A stretch of 64,000 bases of DNA, taken from the NCBI GenBank assembly GCA_023267755.1, contig JAHFMR010000003.1, positions 7,315-71,314 of the forward strand, written 5' to 3'. This DNA comes from a bacterium (GTDB lineage: Bacteria; Patescibacteriota; Minisyncoccia; Phycocordibacterales; Phycocordibacteraceae). Shown here in pieces: positions 38,644-48,171 of the stretch. The translations under genes were made by a program, and so were the position numbers. Position 1 is the first letter of the stretch. Each line of letters opens with the position of its first letter. The notes beneath the pieces were generated by a model. The model did not search any database. It had not been told where the DNA came from and saw only the letters and a program-made list of their open reading frames with translations.

Positions 38644-39723
38644 ATGCTTACTTCCAACATCGTTAAAGTTTTCATCCCTGCGACCGCTGCCTTTGCGCTC
38701 GGCATCCTGCTTGCGCCACTCCTCACAAACTATCTCTACGCGCACAAAGTGTGGAAGAAGAGGGCGGGGAAGACTGCCTTCGACGGCACACCGGCTGTCG
38801 AGTTTGAGAAGCTTCGCACCACAATCCACACCGGCACCGAGACCTCCACGCCGCGTATGGGCGGCATCCTCATCTGGGTTACCGTTTCTCTCGTAACGCT
38901 CGTTCTCTGGCTCCTCGCGCGATTCGTCCCCACACCGCTTATCGAGAAGCTCGATTTCCTTAGCCGCAGTCAGACGTGGATACCGCTCTTCACACTTCTC
39001 TCAGGCGCTCTTGTCGGCTTCGTGAACGATCTCCTCGATATCCACCCCTCGGGTGAGCGCGGACTGCCGCTGCGCGTGCGTCTCCTCTTTGTCACACTCA
39101 TCTCGGGCTTCATCGGCTGGTGGTTCTACGCCAAGCTCGGTATGGACGCTATCGGTATCCCGGGCGACGGGACATTTTTCCTCGGTGCAGGTATCATCCC
39201 TCTTTTCATTGTGGTATCTATGGGGCTCTACGCGGGCGGCGTTATCGACGGTATCGATGGGCTCGCAGGTGGCGTTTTCAGCACTGCTTTTATGGCCTAT
39301 GCGGGTATCGCGTACTTCCAGAATCAGATTAATCTCGCCGCTTTTTCCGCGACACTCACCGGCGCGATACTCGCATTCCTCTGGTTCAATATTCCGCCGG
39401 CACGATTCTGGATGACCGAGACCGGCACGATGGGGCTCACGCTCACACTCGCCGTCATCGCCTTTATGACTGATACTCCCGGAGACGGCTACGGCGTGGC
39501 TGCACTCCCGATTATCGCGTTCCCACTTATCGTGACGGTCCTTTCGAACATCATCCAAGTCGCATCGAAACGATTTTTTGGGAAAAAAGTGTTCCGCATC
39601 GCACCGCTCCATCACCACTTCGAAGCAATCGGTTGGCCTTCCTATAAAGTGACGATGCGATATTGGATTATCTCTATCGTATGCGCCATCATCGGAATGA
39701 CTATCGCGCTTTTGAAGTCTTAG
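38644..39723 (+). CDS. mraY: Phospho-N-acetylmuramoyl-pentapeptide transferase
   Basis: DGIDGLAGG motif, 10 TM helices. Confidence 0.95.
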   Translation: MLTSNIVKVFIPATAAFALGILLAPLLTNYLYAHKVWKKRAGKTAFDGTPAVEFEKLRTTIHTGTETSTPRMGGILIWVTVSLVTLVLWLLARFVPTPLIEKLDFLSRSQTWIPLFTLLSGALVGFVNDLLDIHPSGERGLPLRVRLLFVTLISGFIGWWFYAKLGMDAIGIPGDGTFFLGAGIIPLFIVVSMGLYAGGVIDGIDGLAGGVFSTAFMAYAGIAYFQNQINLAAFSATLTGAILAFLWFNIPPARFWMTETGTMGLTLTLAVIAFMTDTPGDGYGVAALPIIAFPLIVTVLSNIIQVASKRFFGKKVFRIAPLHHHFEAIGWPSYKVTMRYWIISIVCAIIGMTIALLKS

Positions 39724-39729
39724 CCTGGT

Positions 39730-40827
39730 ATGAAGCTCTTTTCCGGCGATCGTATATTCCTGATGTTGGTGGTCTCTATCGCGCTTGCCGGCCTTGCTAT
39801 CTTTTCCTCTGCATCACTCGGCCTCCTCGCACGCGAGAACAGCTCTGTCTCACGCGATATCCTGCTCCAAGCCGGTCTCGGTCTCTGTCTCGGGTTCCTC
39901 GCTCTTTTTACAGTGCGCGCAGTCTCTCTGGCGTGGGTCAAGCGCTTCGCATTACCTATCTACATTGCGACCCTTCTCTTCACCGCACTCGTCTTCGTCC
40001 CTGGTATCGGTCTTCACGCCAACGGCGCAACTCGTTGGATTAATATCGGCTTCACCACCGTTCAACCCGCGGAGTTCTTGAAAATAGGCTTTGTGATTAT
40101 GCTCGCCGCGTGGCTCGCGCCGCGCGCGCAGAAGCTCTCAAGCGTGAAGCGAGGACTCGCGCCCTTCGTCGCTTTCCTCGCGGTACCAGCGGCGCTCCTG
40201 CTGGCCCAACCCAACACCTCGACCACTCTTCTTATTGTGGCAACCGGAATGGTGATGTACTTCGCGGCGGGAGCGCCGCTCCGCGATTTCGGCATTCTCG
40301 CACTCGGCGTGTTCATTGCACTCGGCGTCGTTATTGCTGTGCGTCCGTACGTGCTTCAACGCATCGAGACTTTTATGCATCCGACCGCAAATGCCCTCGG
40401 GAGCGGCTACCAAATTCAGCAATCACTCATCGCTATTGGCTCTGGCGGCGCTTTCGGGAGAGGGTTCGGCCAGAGTGTTGAGAAGTTTAACTACTTACCC
40501 GAACCTTCCGGCGACTCCGTTTTTGCCGTCTTCGCCGAGGAGACTGGTCTTCTTGGCGCTTCACTTCTCCTCGCGCTCTTCGTCGCTCTTGCGGCGCGCG
40601 GCGTGGTCATCGCGGGTCACTCGCGTGATCTCTTCGGCGGCCTCGTGGCGCTCGGTTTCTCGGTGATCATCATCCTGCAGGCGTTTATCAATATCGGCGC
40701 GATGCTCGGGATTATTCCGCTCACCGGCCTCCCACTCCCATTTATCTCTCACGGTGGCACCGCGCTCCTCGCAGTTCTCATTATGTGTGGCTTCATCCTC
40801 AACGTCGCCGCTCACCAGAAGGAGTGA
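39730..40827 (+). CDS. ftsW: SEDS-family peptidoglycan glycosyltransferase FtsW
   Basis: SEDS family; position between mraY and murG. Confidence 0.9.
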   Translation: MKLFSGDRIFLMLVVSIALAGLAIFSSASLGLLARENSSVSRDILLQAGLGLCLGFLALFTVRAVSLAWVKRFALPIYIATLLFTALVFVPGIGLHANGATRWINIGFTTVQPAEFLKIGFVIMLAAWLAPRAQKLSSVKRGLAPFVAFLAVPAALLLAQPNTSTTLLIVATGMVMYFAAGAPLRDFGILALGVFIALGVVIAVRPYVLQRIETFMHPTANALGSGYQIQQSLIAIGSGGAFGRGFGQSVEKFNYLPEPSGDSVFAVFAEETGLLGASLLLALFVALAARGVVIAGHSRDLFGGLVALGFSVIIILQAFINIGAMLGIIPLTGLPLPFISHGGTALLAVLIMCGFILNVAAHQKE

Positions 40828-40856
40828 TACGACTTCGAGGTATACTAGAGACATCT

Positions 40857-41996
40857 ATGACTATCGCATTCACTGGAGGGGGGACCGGAGGGCATTTCTA
40901 TCCAATTATCGCCATTGCCGAGGCACTAAACGACCTTGTCCGCGAGCGACGTCTTGTCCCACCCAAGCTCTACTATCTCGCCCCGAATTCGTTCGATCAG
41001 AAAGCCCTTTTTGAAAACAACATTTCCTACATCCCCATCCCAGCAGGGAAGGTGCGCCGTTATGCTTCTTTTCAGAACTACACTGATGCCCTTATCACTT
41101 TTGCGGGGACGTTGAAAGCGCTCTTTATCCTCTTCCGTCTCTTTCCCGACGTGATAGTGAGTAAGGGCGGCTATGGCAGCGTACCGACCGTACTCGCCGC
41201 CCGGATACTCCGTATCCCTATAGTCATCCATGAGTCCGACGCCAAGCCCGGCCGTGCTAATCTCCTCGCCGCGCCCTGGGCGGAGAAGATTGCTATTTCT
41301 TTTGAGGGAGCCGCTACCTACTTCCCGGAGAAGGTCCGCGGTAAGATTGCGCGCACGGGTATCCCTATTCGTAAGGCATTGGCTCACCTCGAGACCGAGG
41401 GTGCCCAGCAGTATCTCGGACTCGACACCTCACTCCCGACCATCCTTATCCTCGGCGGCTCGCAGGGCGCGGTGCGCATCAATGATACGGTACTCTCCTC
41501 GCTCATAGAGCTCGTCGGGCTCGCAAACGTAATCCATCAAACCGGGCAAGCCAATATTGAGAGCGTTCAGACAATCGCCAAGGTGGAGCTCACCGGCTCA
41601 CCGAACGCTTCTCGTTATCACCCAATCAACTATCTCTCTCAGACCTCGCTCCAGAGAGCGGCTGGCGTGGCGAACATCATCATCTCGCGCGCAGGAGCGA
41701 GCTCTATCGCCGAGATCAGTCTCTGGAAGAAGCCGTCGATTATCATCCCTATACCCGAGACAGTGAGCCACGATCAGCGCACCAACGCCTACTCCTATGC
41801 GCGCACTGGCGCTGCTATCGTTATCGAAGAGGGGAACCTGACACCACACCTCTTCGTCTCCGAGATTAAACGCGTCCTCGGTGACAAAAACCTTGAGAAG
41901 CGTATGGGCGACGCTGCCGCCGGCTTCACCGACCCCGACGCGGCACGTGTTCTCGCCGAGGGCGTGCTCGCTATCGCCCTCTCGCACGAAGTATGA
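40857..41996 (+). CDS. murG: UDP-GlcNAc:undecaprenyl-PP-MurNAc-pentapeptide GlcNAc transferase
   Basis: GGTGGH motif, two Rossmann-like domains. Confidence 0.9.
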   Translation: MTIAFTGGGTGGHFYPIIAIAEALNDLVRERRLVPPKLYYLAPNSFDQKALFENNISYIPIPAGKVRRYASFQNYTDALITFAGTLKALFILFRLFPDVIVSKGGYGSVPTVLAARILRIPIVIHESDAKPGRANLLAAPWAEKIAISFEGAATYFPEKVRGKIARTGIPIRKALAHLETEGAQQYLGLDTSLPTILILGGSQGAVRINDTVLSSLIELVGLANVIHQTGQANIESVQTIAKVELTGSPNASRYHPINYLSQTSLQRAAGVANIIISRAGASSIAEISLWKKPSIIIPIPETVSHDQRTNAYSYARTGAAIVIEEGNLTPHLFVSEIKRVLGDKNLEKRMGDAAAGFTDPDAARVLAEGVLAIALSHEV

Positions 41997-43345
41997 GCCA
42001 GGTCATCACCCGCATCCCGCCGAGCCCCACCGGCCGTTTCCATATCGGCACTGCGCGCACTGCGCTCTTCAACTACCTTTTCGCACGTCGCAATGGCGGC
42101 AGCATAGTCTTCCGCAGTGAGGACACCGACCGCGCTCGTAGCAAACCCGAGTTCGAACAAGAGATTATCGACGGCCTCCATTGGCTCGGTATCACCTGGG
42201 ACTCGTTCTATCGCCAGACTGAACGTCACGATCGTTATCGCGAGCTCCTCGAGAAGCTTGTAGGGGAAGGGAAGGCATATATCTCTTCAGAACCAGGCAA
42301 GGACGATCCGAACACCACAGTACATCTCGTCCGACTCAAGAATCCGGGTACCGTGGTCACCTTCACCGATATTATTCGCGGAGATATCACCTTTGACACC
42401 ACTGAGCTTGGCGACTTCGTCATCGCTCGTTCTATAGACGACGCGCTCTATCACTTCGCGGTCGTCGCTGATGATATGGACTCGGGCGTCACACACGTCA
42501 TCCGCGGCGAGGATCATATCTCCAACACGCCGCGTCAAATTCTCATTCAAGAAGCGCTTGGCACCACACGACCAGCCTATGCGCACCTCCCGCTCATCCT
42601 CGATGAGAAACGCGCCAAACTGAGTAAGCGCAGTGGCGCCACGAGTATGATGGACTATCGCGACGAAGGATTCCTACCCGAAGCAATCGTGAACTATCTC
42701 TCGCTCCTCGGATGGAACCCTGGCACCGATCAAGAGTATTTCTCGCTCGCCGAACTCACTGCCGCTTTTTCCCTTGAGGATGTGCAGAAGGGTGGAGCGA
42801 TGTGGAATCGAGATAAACTCCTCTCGGTGAATCAGCACTGGATGCGCACACTCTCTGACGAAGACTTCATCACCCTGCTCGCGCCATCGCAGGATATGGA
42901 GAAAATGCGGAAAACAGTTCCACTTCTCAAGGACCGCGCACGCACCTTCGGTGAGGCACGTCAGATGCTCTCGGGCGAGCTTTCTTGCCTCTTTACCGAG
43001 CCCGTCCTCGACAGGGAACAGCTCCTCGTAAAAGAGCCTGAAGACCGCTCTGGGGCGGCCAAAAATGGCCTAGAAGGCCTCTTGGAGCCCCTACAAGCCC
43101 TGTCGGAAGGAGTCTCGGCCGAGGAGGTAAAAGCGGTCATTATGCCGCTTGCTGATGCCGCCGAGGCAGCGGGCCTGCCTGCCGGACAGGCAGGGAAGGG
43201 AGGTCGCGGCGCCCTCCTCTGGCCGCTCCGCTACGCGCTCTCAGGTCAGGAGCGCTCACCCGACCCCTTTACTCTTATTTCAATCCTCGGCCCAGCCGAA
43301 TCGTTTTCCCGTGTGCAGAAAGCGATTGGTATACTTGAGGGATGA
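41993..43345 (+). CDS. gltX: Glutamyl-tRNA synthetase
   Basis: HIGT and KLSKR motifs; ATGA overlap with the murG stop. Confidence 0.9.
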   Translation: MSQVITRIPPSPTGRFHIGTARTALFNYLFARRNGGSIVFRSEDTDRARSKPEFEQEIIDGLHWLGITWDSFYRQTERHDRYRELLEKLVGEGKAYISSEPGKDDPNTTVHLVRLKNPGTVVTFTDIIRGDITFDTTELGDFVIARSIDDALYHFAVVADDMDSGVTHVIRGEDHISNTPRQILIQEALGTTRPAYAHLPLILDEKRAKLSKRSGATSMMDYRDEGFLPEAIVNYLSLLGWNPGTDQEYFSLAELTAAFSLEDVQKGGAMWNRDKLLSVNQHWMRTLSDEDFITLLAPSQDMEKMRKTVPLLKDRARTFGEARQMLSGELSCLFTEPVLDREQLLVKEPEDRSGAAKNGLEGLLEPLQALSEGVSAEEVKAVIMPLADAAEAAGLPAGQAGKGGRGALLWPLRYALSGQERSPDPFTLISILGPAESFSRVQKAIGILEG

Positions 43346-44577
43346 CGCGCGCTCCGCTCTCGTCCTTCTTCTTAGCGCTTCTCGCGGTCGCGCTTGTTTT
43401 CCCGCAAGCGACTGTTGCTGACACAGCATCCGGTCTCCAGACCCAGATTGATGCGAACAATCAACAGCTCCAGGCGATTCAAGATAAGATCGCTTCCTAT
43501 CAGAAGCAGCTCGAAACGCTCGGGACCGAGCGGAACACGCTCCAGTCAGCTATCTCTGCCTTGACGCTCACGCAGGAGAAAATCTCGGCACAAATCCAGG
43601 AGACGCAGACCAAGATCTCTTCGGCAAATCTGCAGATTAAAAAACTTACGCAGTCTATTAGTAATAAGGAGGACACTATTCTCGCCGACCAGAACGCGAT
43701 AGGGAAGCAGCTGCGCACGCTTGCCCAAGATGAGCAGACACCTTTGGTTGCTAAAGTGCTCTCGTCAGATACCTTTGGCGCGGGCTGGCAGCTGGCAGAC
43801 GAGGCGGTGCAGTTCAATCAAGCGCTTGTCGGACATATCAGCAACGTGCGCACGGTGCGTGCGACGCTGCAAGCCAATCGCACCGATGTGACTACTGCGA
43901 AGGCGACTCTCGTTTCTCTACAGAGTGATCTCACCAACCAGAAGCGATCGGTGAATGCGAGCAAAGCAGCAGAGCAGGAACTCCTCGCACAGACCAAGAA
44001 TCAGGAGGCGAATTATCAGAAGCTGCTTGCTGCAGCGAAGGCGGAGCTTGAGAGTTACTCGGCCTTCACCCAGAACGCTGGTGGGTCGAAGTTGCTCACC
44101 AATCAGACCGTCTGCGACTCATGGGGCTGTTACTACAATCAACGTGATGCGCTCTGGGGGAATATGCCGCTGAACAAGACTCGCTTCCGTCTCGCGAGCG
44201 ACGGTTGCCTCGTGACCGCTATGGCGATGATGCTCACGCACTACGGATACCGCTCGGTGACGCCCGCAGTTATTAATGCCGATTCGAACAACTTCGCCAC
44301 GTACTATCCGCCGTACCTCCTCTTCACTATCCACGTCGCGGGTGTCGCCGCCACACGCAAGGCGACGACGATTGACGCGACACTCGAGAGTGGTCAGCCG
44401 GTGGTCGTCGGTGTTCACGCCTATGGCGGCACGCACTTCGTGGTTCTCACGAGCGGGAGCCGGGGGAGCTACCTTATGCGCGACCCCTATATCGCCAATG
44501 GACGTGATATCAGCTTCTCTGCGCATTACTCCACCAGAGCCATCTTCAGCATCACGCGGGTCGTGATCAGCAGCTAA
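43342..44577 (+). CDS. Secreted coiled-coil protein with C-terminal C39-like (papain-fold) peptidase domain, PcsB-like architecture
   Basis: Signal peptide, about 230-aa Q/L-rich coiled coil, C-terminal CDSWGCYY...DGCLVTAMAMMLTHYG...H resembling Peptidase_C39_2; ATGA coupling to gltX. Confidence 0.55.
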   Translation: MTRAPLSSFFLALLAVALVFPQATVADTASGLQTQIDANNQQLQAIQDKIASYQKQLETLGTERNTLQSAISALTLTQEKISAQIQETQTKISSANLQIKKLTQSISNKEDTILADQNAIGKQLRTLAQDEQTPLVAKVLSSDTFGAGWQLADEAVQFNQALVGHISNVRTVRATLQANRTDVTTAKATLVSLQSDLTNQKRSVNASKAAEQELLAQTKNQEANYQKLLAAAKAELESYSAFTQNAGGSKLLTNQTVCDSWGCYYNQRDALWGNMPLNKTRFRLASDGCLVTAMAMMLTHYGYRSVTPAVINADSNNFATYYPPYLLFTIHVAGVAATRKATTIDATLESGQPVVVGVHAYGGTHFVVLTSGSRGSYLMRDPYIANGRDISFSAHYSTRAIFSITRVVISS

Positions 44578-44661
44578 CTAATTTAATAATAATCTTATTG
44601 ATTCCACAAAATCTCGGCTAGGCGTGATAAAGAGGGGAGGAGAGGGGTATATACTGTAGCT

Positions 44662-44865
44662 ATGGTCGCTATCCTACACTTAGCCTTCTGGAGCTTCGTC
44701 CTGTTCCTCGCGCTCTCGTTCTTTGGTATTTCTATCCAAGCAATTGTCACCTCTCCGGTTGGTCAGGCCAATCTCCTCTACCTCTCTGGTCTCCTGTCTC
44801 AATTGTGGCAGCATATCCTCCAGCAATGGCAGTGGATGACCCTCTGGATCCGCCCTATGGCGTAG
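44662..44865 (+). CDS. Small hydrophobic protein, hypothetical
   Basis: 67 aa, two predicted TM segments, weak support only. Confidence 0.3.
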   Translation: MVAILHLAFWSFVLFLALSFFGISIQAIVTSPVGQANLLYLSGLLSQLWQHILQQWQWMTLWIRPMA

Positions 44866-44945
44866 ATTAGTATATTACGCAAAAGATATATTGTGCGCAC
44901 ATCTCCTATAGAGAGGTAACCCCCCTTCCCTCTGCTGTTTAATAT

Positions 44946-45704
44946 CTAACACGAGACATTATCAATAATGTATTCGTACGCTTCGTCGGCGGTGTCAACG
45001 AGCTTGTAGAGTTCCATATCTCCCTTATCAATCGCCTTATGCTTCTCGTAGACGGTTTTCTCGATGAACTCAAGGAGCGGCTCCCAGTAATCCCTTCCCA
45101 CGAGGATAATCGGCACTCGGCGGATCTTCTTGGTCTGGACGAGCGTTACGATCTCGGTAAACTCATCCAGCGTGCCGAAACCGCCCGGGAAATAAATGTA
45201 GGCCTCGGAGGCGTAGGTCAGCATCACCTTGCGCACGAAGAAATGGTCGAAGACGAACCGTTCGGTGAGATATGGATTATAGGTCTGTGCATCGGGCAAG
45301 TTAACGTTGAGCCCCACTGATGCGCCGCCAGCCTCAAAAGCGCCTTTGTTCGCGGCCTGCATAATGCCGGAGCTGCCACCGGTAACAATCGCGAACCCTT
45401 TCTTCGAAAGTTTCTTCGCGAGTTCCTCGGCCTGCTTATATGATTCGTCGCCGAGCGTGGAACGCGCGCTGCCGAAGATGGATACCGCGAGGCTGTAGCG
45501 ACGGATGATATCGAACCCCTCGATGAACTCCGACATAATCTTGAAGATGCGCCACGATTCAATCTTACGCGGCTTGCAGACAAGGAGTGGCCGATCCTCG
45601 GGCATCGTGCGTCCGCCTTCGTGGACAACCTTCGCGAGCCGTTCGGCGTTTTGGTGATGCGATTGTTGTGAAGTATTGCTGGGTGTCATCAAACCGTCAT
45701 TCAT
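44946..45704 (-). CDS. LOG family protein (type-II, cytokinin riboside 5'-monophosphate phosphoribohydrolase-like)
   Basis: PGGFGTLDE motif and Rossmann core; ATG at 45702-45704 preceded (minus strand) by GATATAAT 7 nt upstream, suggesting a leaderless transcript. Confidence 0.75.
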   Translation of the reverse strand: MNDGLMTPSNTSQQSHHQNAERLAKVVHEGGRTMPEDRPLLVCKPRKIESWRIFKIMSEFIEGFDIIRRYSLAVSIFGSARSTLGDESYKQAEELAKKLSKKGFAIVTGGSSGIMQAANKGAFEAGGASVGLNVNLPDAQTYNPYLTERFVFDHFFVRKVMLTYASEAYIYFPGGFGTLDEFTEIVTLVQTKKIRRVPIILVGRDYWEPLLEFIEKTVYEKHKAIDKGDMELYKLVDTADEAYEYIIDNVSC

Positions 45705-45722
45705 TCTCAAAATTATATCAGA

Positions 45723-46097
45723 CTAGAGCCCCTTACAATTGGCCGCAGGCGCATAACCAGCTGCTTGTGCGACACTTATTGAGGCGAACCAAACTTTATT
45801 CGCATCACTGATACGGTTCGCGCCCGCACAATTCGGTAGATAATATTTCGTCCCGTTTTTAGAGGCGACAATCTGTCCCGCTTGCCCTGAGCCTGTTGAA
45901 AGGGTGTCCGGGAGGGAAGTAAGCGGAGACTCCTCGAGAATAAGCGGACTCCCCTGCCCTCCTATGTCCTGGCCGGCGAGATAACCGAGCCCAAAACTCG
46001 CCAAAGAAGCCCCGATTAACACCGCAAGAATCCATATATCTCGCGGTATCTGGGCGATTGCGCCTTTGCATTTATCTCGTGCTTCTGCTATAGTCAC
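45723..46097 (-). CDS. Membrane-anchored hypothetical protein with C-terminal Cys-pair module
   Basis: N-terminal TM, then a linker, then YYLPNCAG...GYAPAANCKG. Confidence 0.45.
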   Translation of the reverse strand: MTIAEARDKCKGAIAQIPRDIWILAVLIGASLASFGLGYLAGQDIGGQGSPLILEESPLTSLPDTLSTGSGQAGQIVASKNGTKYYLPNCAGANRISDANKVWFASISVAQAAGYAPAANCKGL

Positions 46098-46116
46098 TAG
46101 GTAACACTATACCAGT

Positions 46117-46389
46117 ATGGCATCAACAAAAGCCGGCGGCTCCGCAAAAAACCTTACCGATTCGAACCCACAATACCTGGGTGTGAAGCTCGCTGATGGC
46201 TCCTCGGCCAAGCCGGGCGCAATTATCGTCCGCCAGCGCGGGACCAAGATTGAGGCAGGTAAGAACGTCCGCGTCGGCAAGGATCACACCCTCTACGCGG
46301 TCGCCTCTGGCAAGGTCGCCTTCCGTTCTCGCCGCAAGACCAGCTTCACCGGTCACATCTTTCAGAAGAAAGTCGTCGACGTCATTTAA
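46117..46389 (+). CDS. rpmA: 50S ribosomal protein L27
   Basis: L27 conserved N-terminus. Confidence 0.95.
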   Translation: MASTKAGGSAKNLTDSNPQYLGVKLADGSSAKPGAIIVRQRGTKIEAGKNVRVGKDHTLYAVASGKVAFRSRRKTSFTGHIFQKKVVDVI

Positions 46390-46428
46390 TCGAGATTTAA
46401 AATAAACTAAATCTTCTGCCCGAGGTTC

Positions 46429-46471
46429 CGAGGGGCACCCTCGTCAAACGAGGGTGCCCCTCGGAGCTTTT
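46429..46471. terminator. Bidirectional Rho-independent terminator (rpmA / M15 peptidase convergent pair)
   Basis: 16-bp stem ccgaggggcaccctcg / cgagggtgcccctcgg followed by a T-rich tail. Confidence 0.7.
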
Positions 46472-46985
46472 AGTTTGTCTTCTCGAAGTGCTGCCAGTCC
46501 TTCCTGTCTGTCCAATCGCCACCCCAGACCCAACCGCGTGACCTGAAGAGGTCAGCGATTTCTGCTGTCACTGTGCCCGGGACATTTGTATCGTAGACCG
46601 CGCCAGTCGGGACGACCACACCATCGCGGCGGACATAGGGATTCTGCAGCGGATTAATATCAATCGCGCGCCCATAGGAATGGTTTGAGAGCCGGTCGGT
46701 GCCATATATCAGGCGATAATTAAATGCTGACGTATTATTATCGGCCATCGACGCATCATCGTCCCAACCATACGCAACCACAGGGACCATCTTTTCTATC
46801 GGGAACCGCTTCGCAAACAACGTATTAAAAACTTCCCTCGTCTCGTCAGCCACGCTCTCATGCACCACGAGATGTCCTTCGCAAACCTCTCCGGTGAAAG
46901 AGAGATATGGAAGTGCGAGGAGCACGAGGCTCTCTCGAATCTCACTCGGAACCTCTTTCCCCGCGAGAGCCTCATCAAGACTCAT
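46470..46985 (-). CDS. Peptidase M15 family (VanY/D-Ala-D-Ala carboxypeptidase-like) protein
   Basis: SNHSYGRAIDI (SxHxxGxAxD) zinc-binding motif of the LAS/M15 fold. Confidence 0.7.
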   Translation of the reverse strand: MSLDEALAGKEVPSEIRESLVLLALPYLSFTGEVCEGHLVVHESVADETREVFNTLFAKRFPIEKMVPVVAYGWDDDASMADNNTSAFNYRLIYGTDRLSNHSYGRAIDINPLQNPYVRRDGVVVPTGAVYDTNVPGTVTAEIADLFRSRGWVWGGDWTDRKDWQHFEKTN

Positions 46986-46994
46986 ACGCGGCGA

Positions 46995-47441
46995 CTACGC
47001 CTCTGCTTCGACAGTGATGCTGAACTTTCCGAACGTGTCGGCAGAGGCGACTGGGATATCGAAGGTGCCAAGCTCTTTAATCGGCTTCTCGAGCTTAATT
47101 ACCTCCTCGGGGAGATCGATGCGCGCCTGCTCCTTAGCTGCCTTGGCGATGTCAGCTGCGCCCACCGCGTCATAGAGGTGACCTTTTTCATTCGCCTTCA
47201 TCTTAATAACGATGCGCGCCTCAACCAAAGAAGCGATGTTCTGGGTGAGGAGCGCCGCGTCGATAACGGAGCGATCGACGACCTGCTTACGGCGCGTCTC
47301 GGCCTCTTGTTTAGCGACCGCAGTCGCCGGGATCGCGAGCTTCTTCGGGATAAGGTAGTTAAGCGCGTACCCATCGGCGGTATTCACCTCCTCGTGCGCG
47401 CGGCCCATCCCCTTCACATCTTTAATCAAAATAACTTTCAT
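46995..47441 (-). CDS. rplI: 50S ribosomal protein L9
   Basis: L9 N- and C-terminal domains; RBS GGTAGGAG. Confidence 0.95.
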   Translation of the reverse strand: MKVILIKDVKGMGRAHEEVNTADGYALNYLIPKKLAIPATAVAKQEAETRRKQVVDRSVIDAALLTQNIASLVEARIVIKMKANEKGHLYDAVGAADIAKAAKEQARIDLPEEVIKLEKPIKELGTFDIPVASADTFGKFSITVEAEA

Positions 47442-47509
47442 ATACTCCTACCTTACCTTACCGTGTATCTATAGTCAAAATCTCACTCCCCTTTCTATAT
47501 TTTCAAGAC

Positions 47510-47538
47510 TTGACAATGCATTTGTATATAGTATACAA
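47510..47538 (+). promoter_or_regulatory. sigma70-like promoter TTGACA-16-TATACA
   Basis: Exact -35; upstream of the small membrane ORF at 47588. Confidence 0.45.
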
Positions 47539-47587
47539 TAAAATCTGCTTCTTATTGATCATTCCTTCTAAAGAAAGTAGGTGCCCT

Positions 47588-47842
47588 ATGCAACCACGTA
47601 GCTCTAAACTCTTGGTATTCACCGGCTTCTTGGCGGCGGCTCTTTCAGTGGTGGCAGCCCTCATCGTCACTCCTGTCGGAGCGGTGATTACTGGTCTCAT
47701 GACTGGAATCATGATGGGACTGTTCAGTCTGTCCCCGCTCGTGAGTGTGGCCTTGGTTTGCATTATGGCCATCGGCCTTCTCTGTGTCATTTTCCTGCAT
47801 GAATACCGACGGGGAGTACATGCAAACGAAAATGATGCGTAA
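47588..47842 (+). CDS. Small two-TM membrane protein, hypothetical
   Basis: 84 aa, hydrophobic, preceded by the promoter above and a purine-rich RBS. Confidence 0.45.
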   Translation: MQPRSSKLLVFTGFLAAALSVVAALIVTPVGAVITGLMTGIMMGLFSLSPLVSVALVCIMAIGLLCVIFLHEYRRGVHANENDA

Positions 47843-47850
47843 TCTTCGCA

Positions 47851-47895
47851 CGCCGCCGTATCCTCTTCGAGGAAACGGCGGCGATTTCGTTTTTA
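47851..47895. terminator. Terminator-like hairpin
   Basis: cgccgccgt / acggcggcg stem followed by ATTTCGTTTTTA. Confidence 0.45.
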
Positions 47896-48171
47896 TACTT
47901 TCGTAAATCGCGGGGTGGGTGTACCGTCGACATCAACAATGGCGACAAAACTTGAGAGCGGACGAATGAACGAGACACGTTCGTCGTACTGTGCCTGATA
48001 CACAACTGCGACCTCCTCGGCTGCTTCGAGAATCGCGAGCTCGGTTATCACATATTCCTTTGTCGGGTCCTTATAGTGGACATACCGCGCGCCGACCTCC
48101 ACTTCCCTCTTGGCGTCCTCAATCCGCTTCGCTAACTCCTCAAGCGGTACGTGCGCCATATTATTTCCCAT
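47893..48171 (-). CDS. DUF1653-like small protein
   Basis: YVHYKDPTKEY...VVYQAQYD...FIRP matches the DUF1653 pattern. Confidence 0.5.
   Translation of the reverse strand: MGNNMAHVPLEELAKRIEDAKREVEVGARYVHYKDPTKEYVITELAILEAAEEVAVVYQAQYDERVSFIRPLSSFVAIVDVDGTPTPRFTKV

Noticed and set aside
38134-39618. Minus-strand ORFs 38134..38829 and 39001..39618
   Set aside because: Antisense to the dacA-like and mraY genes. Spurious.
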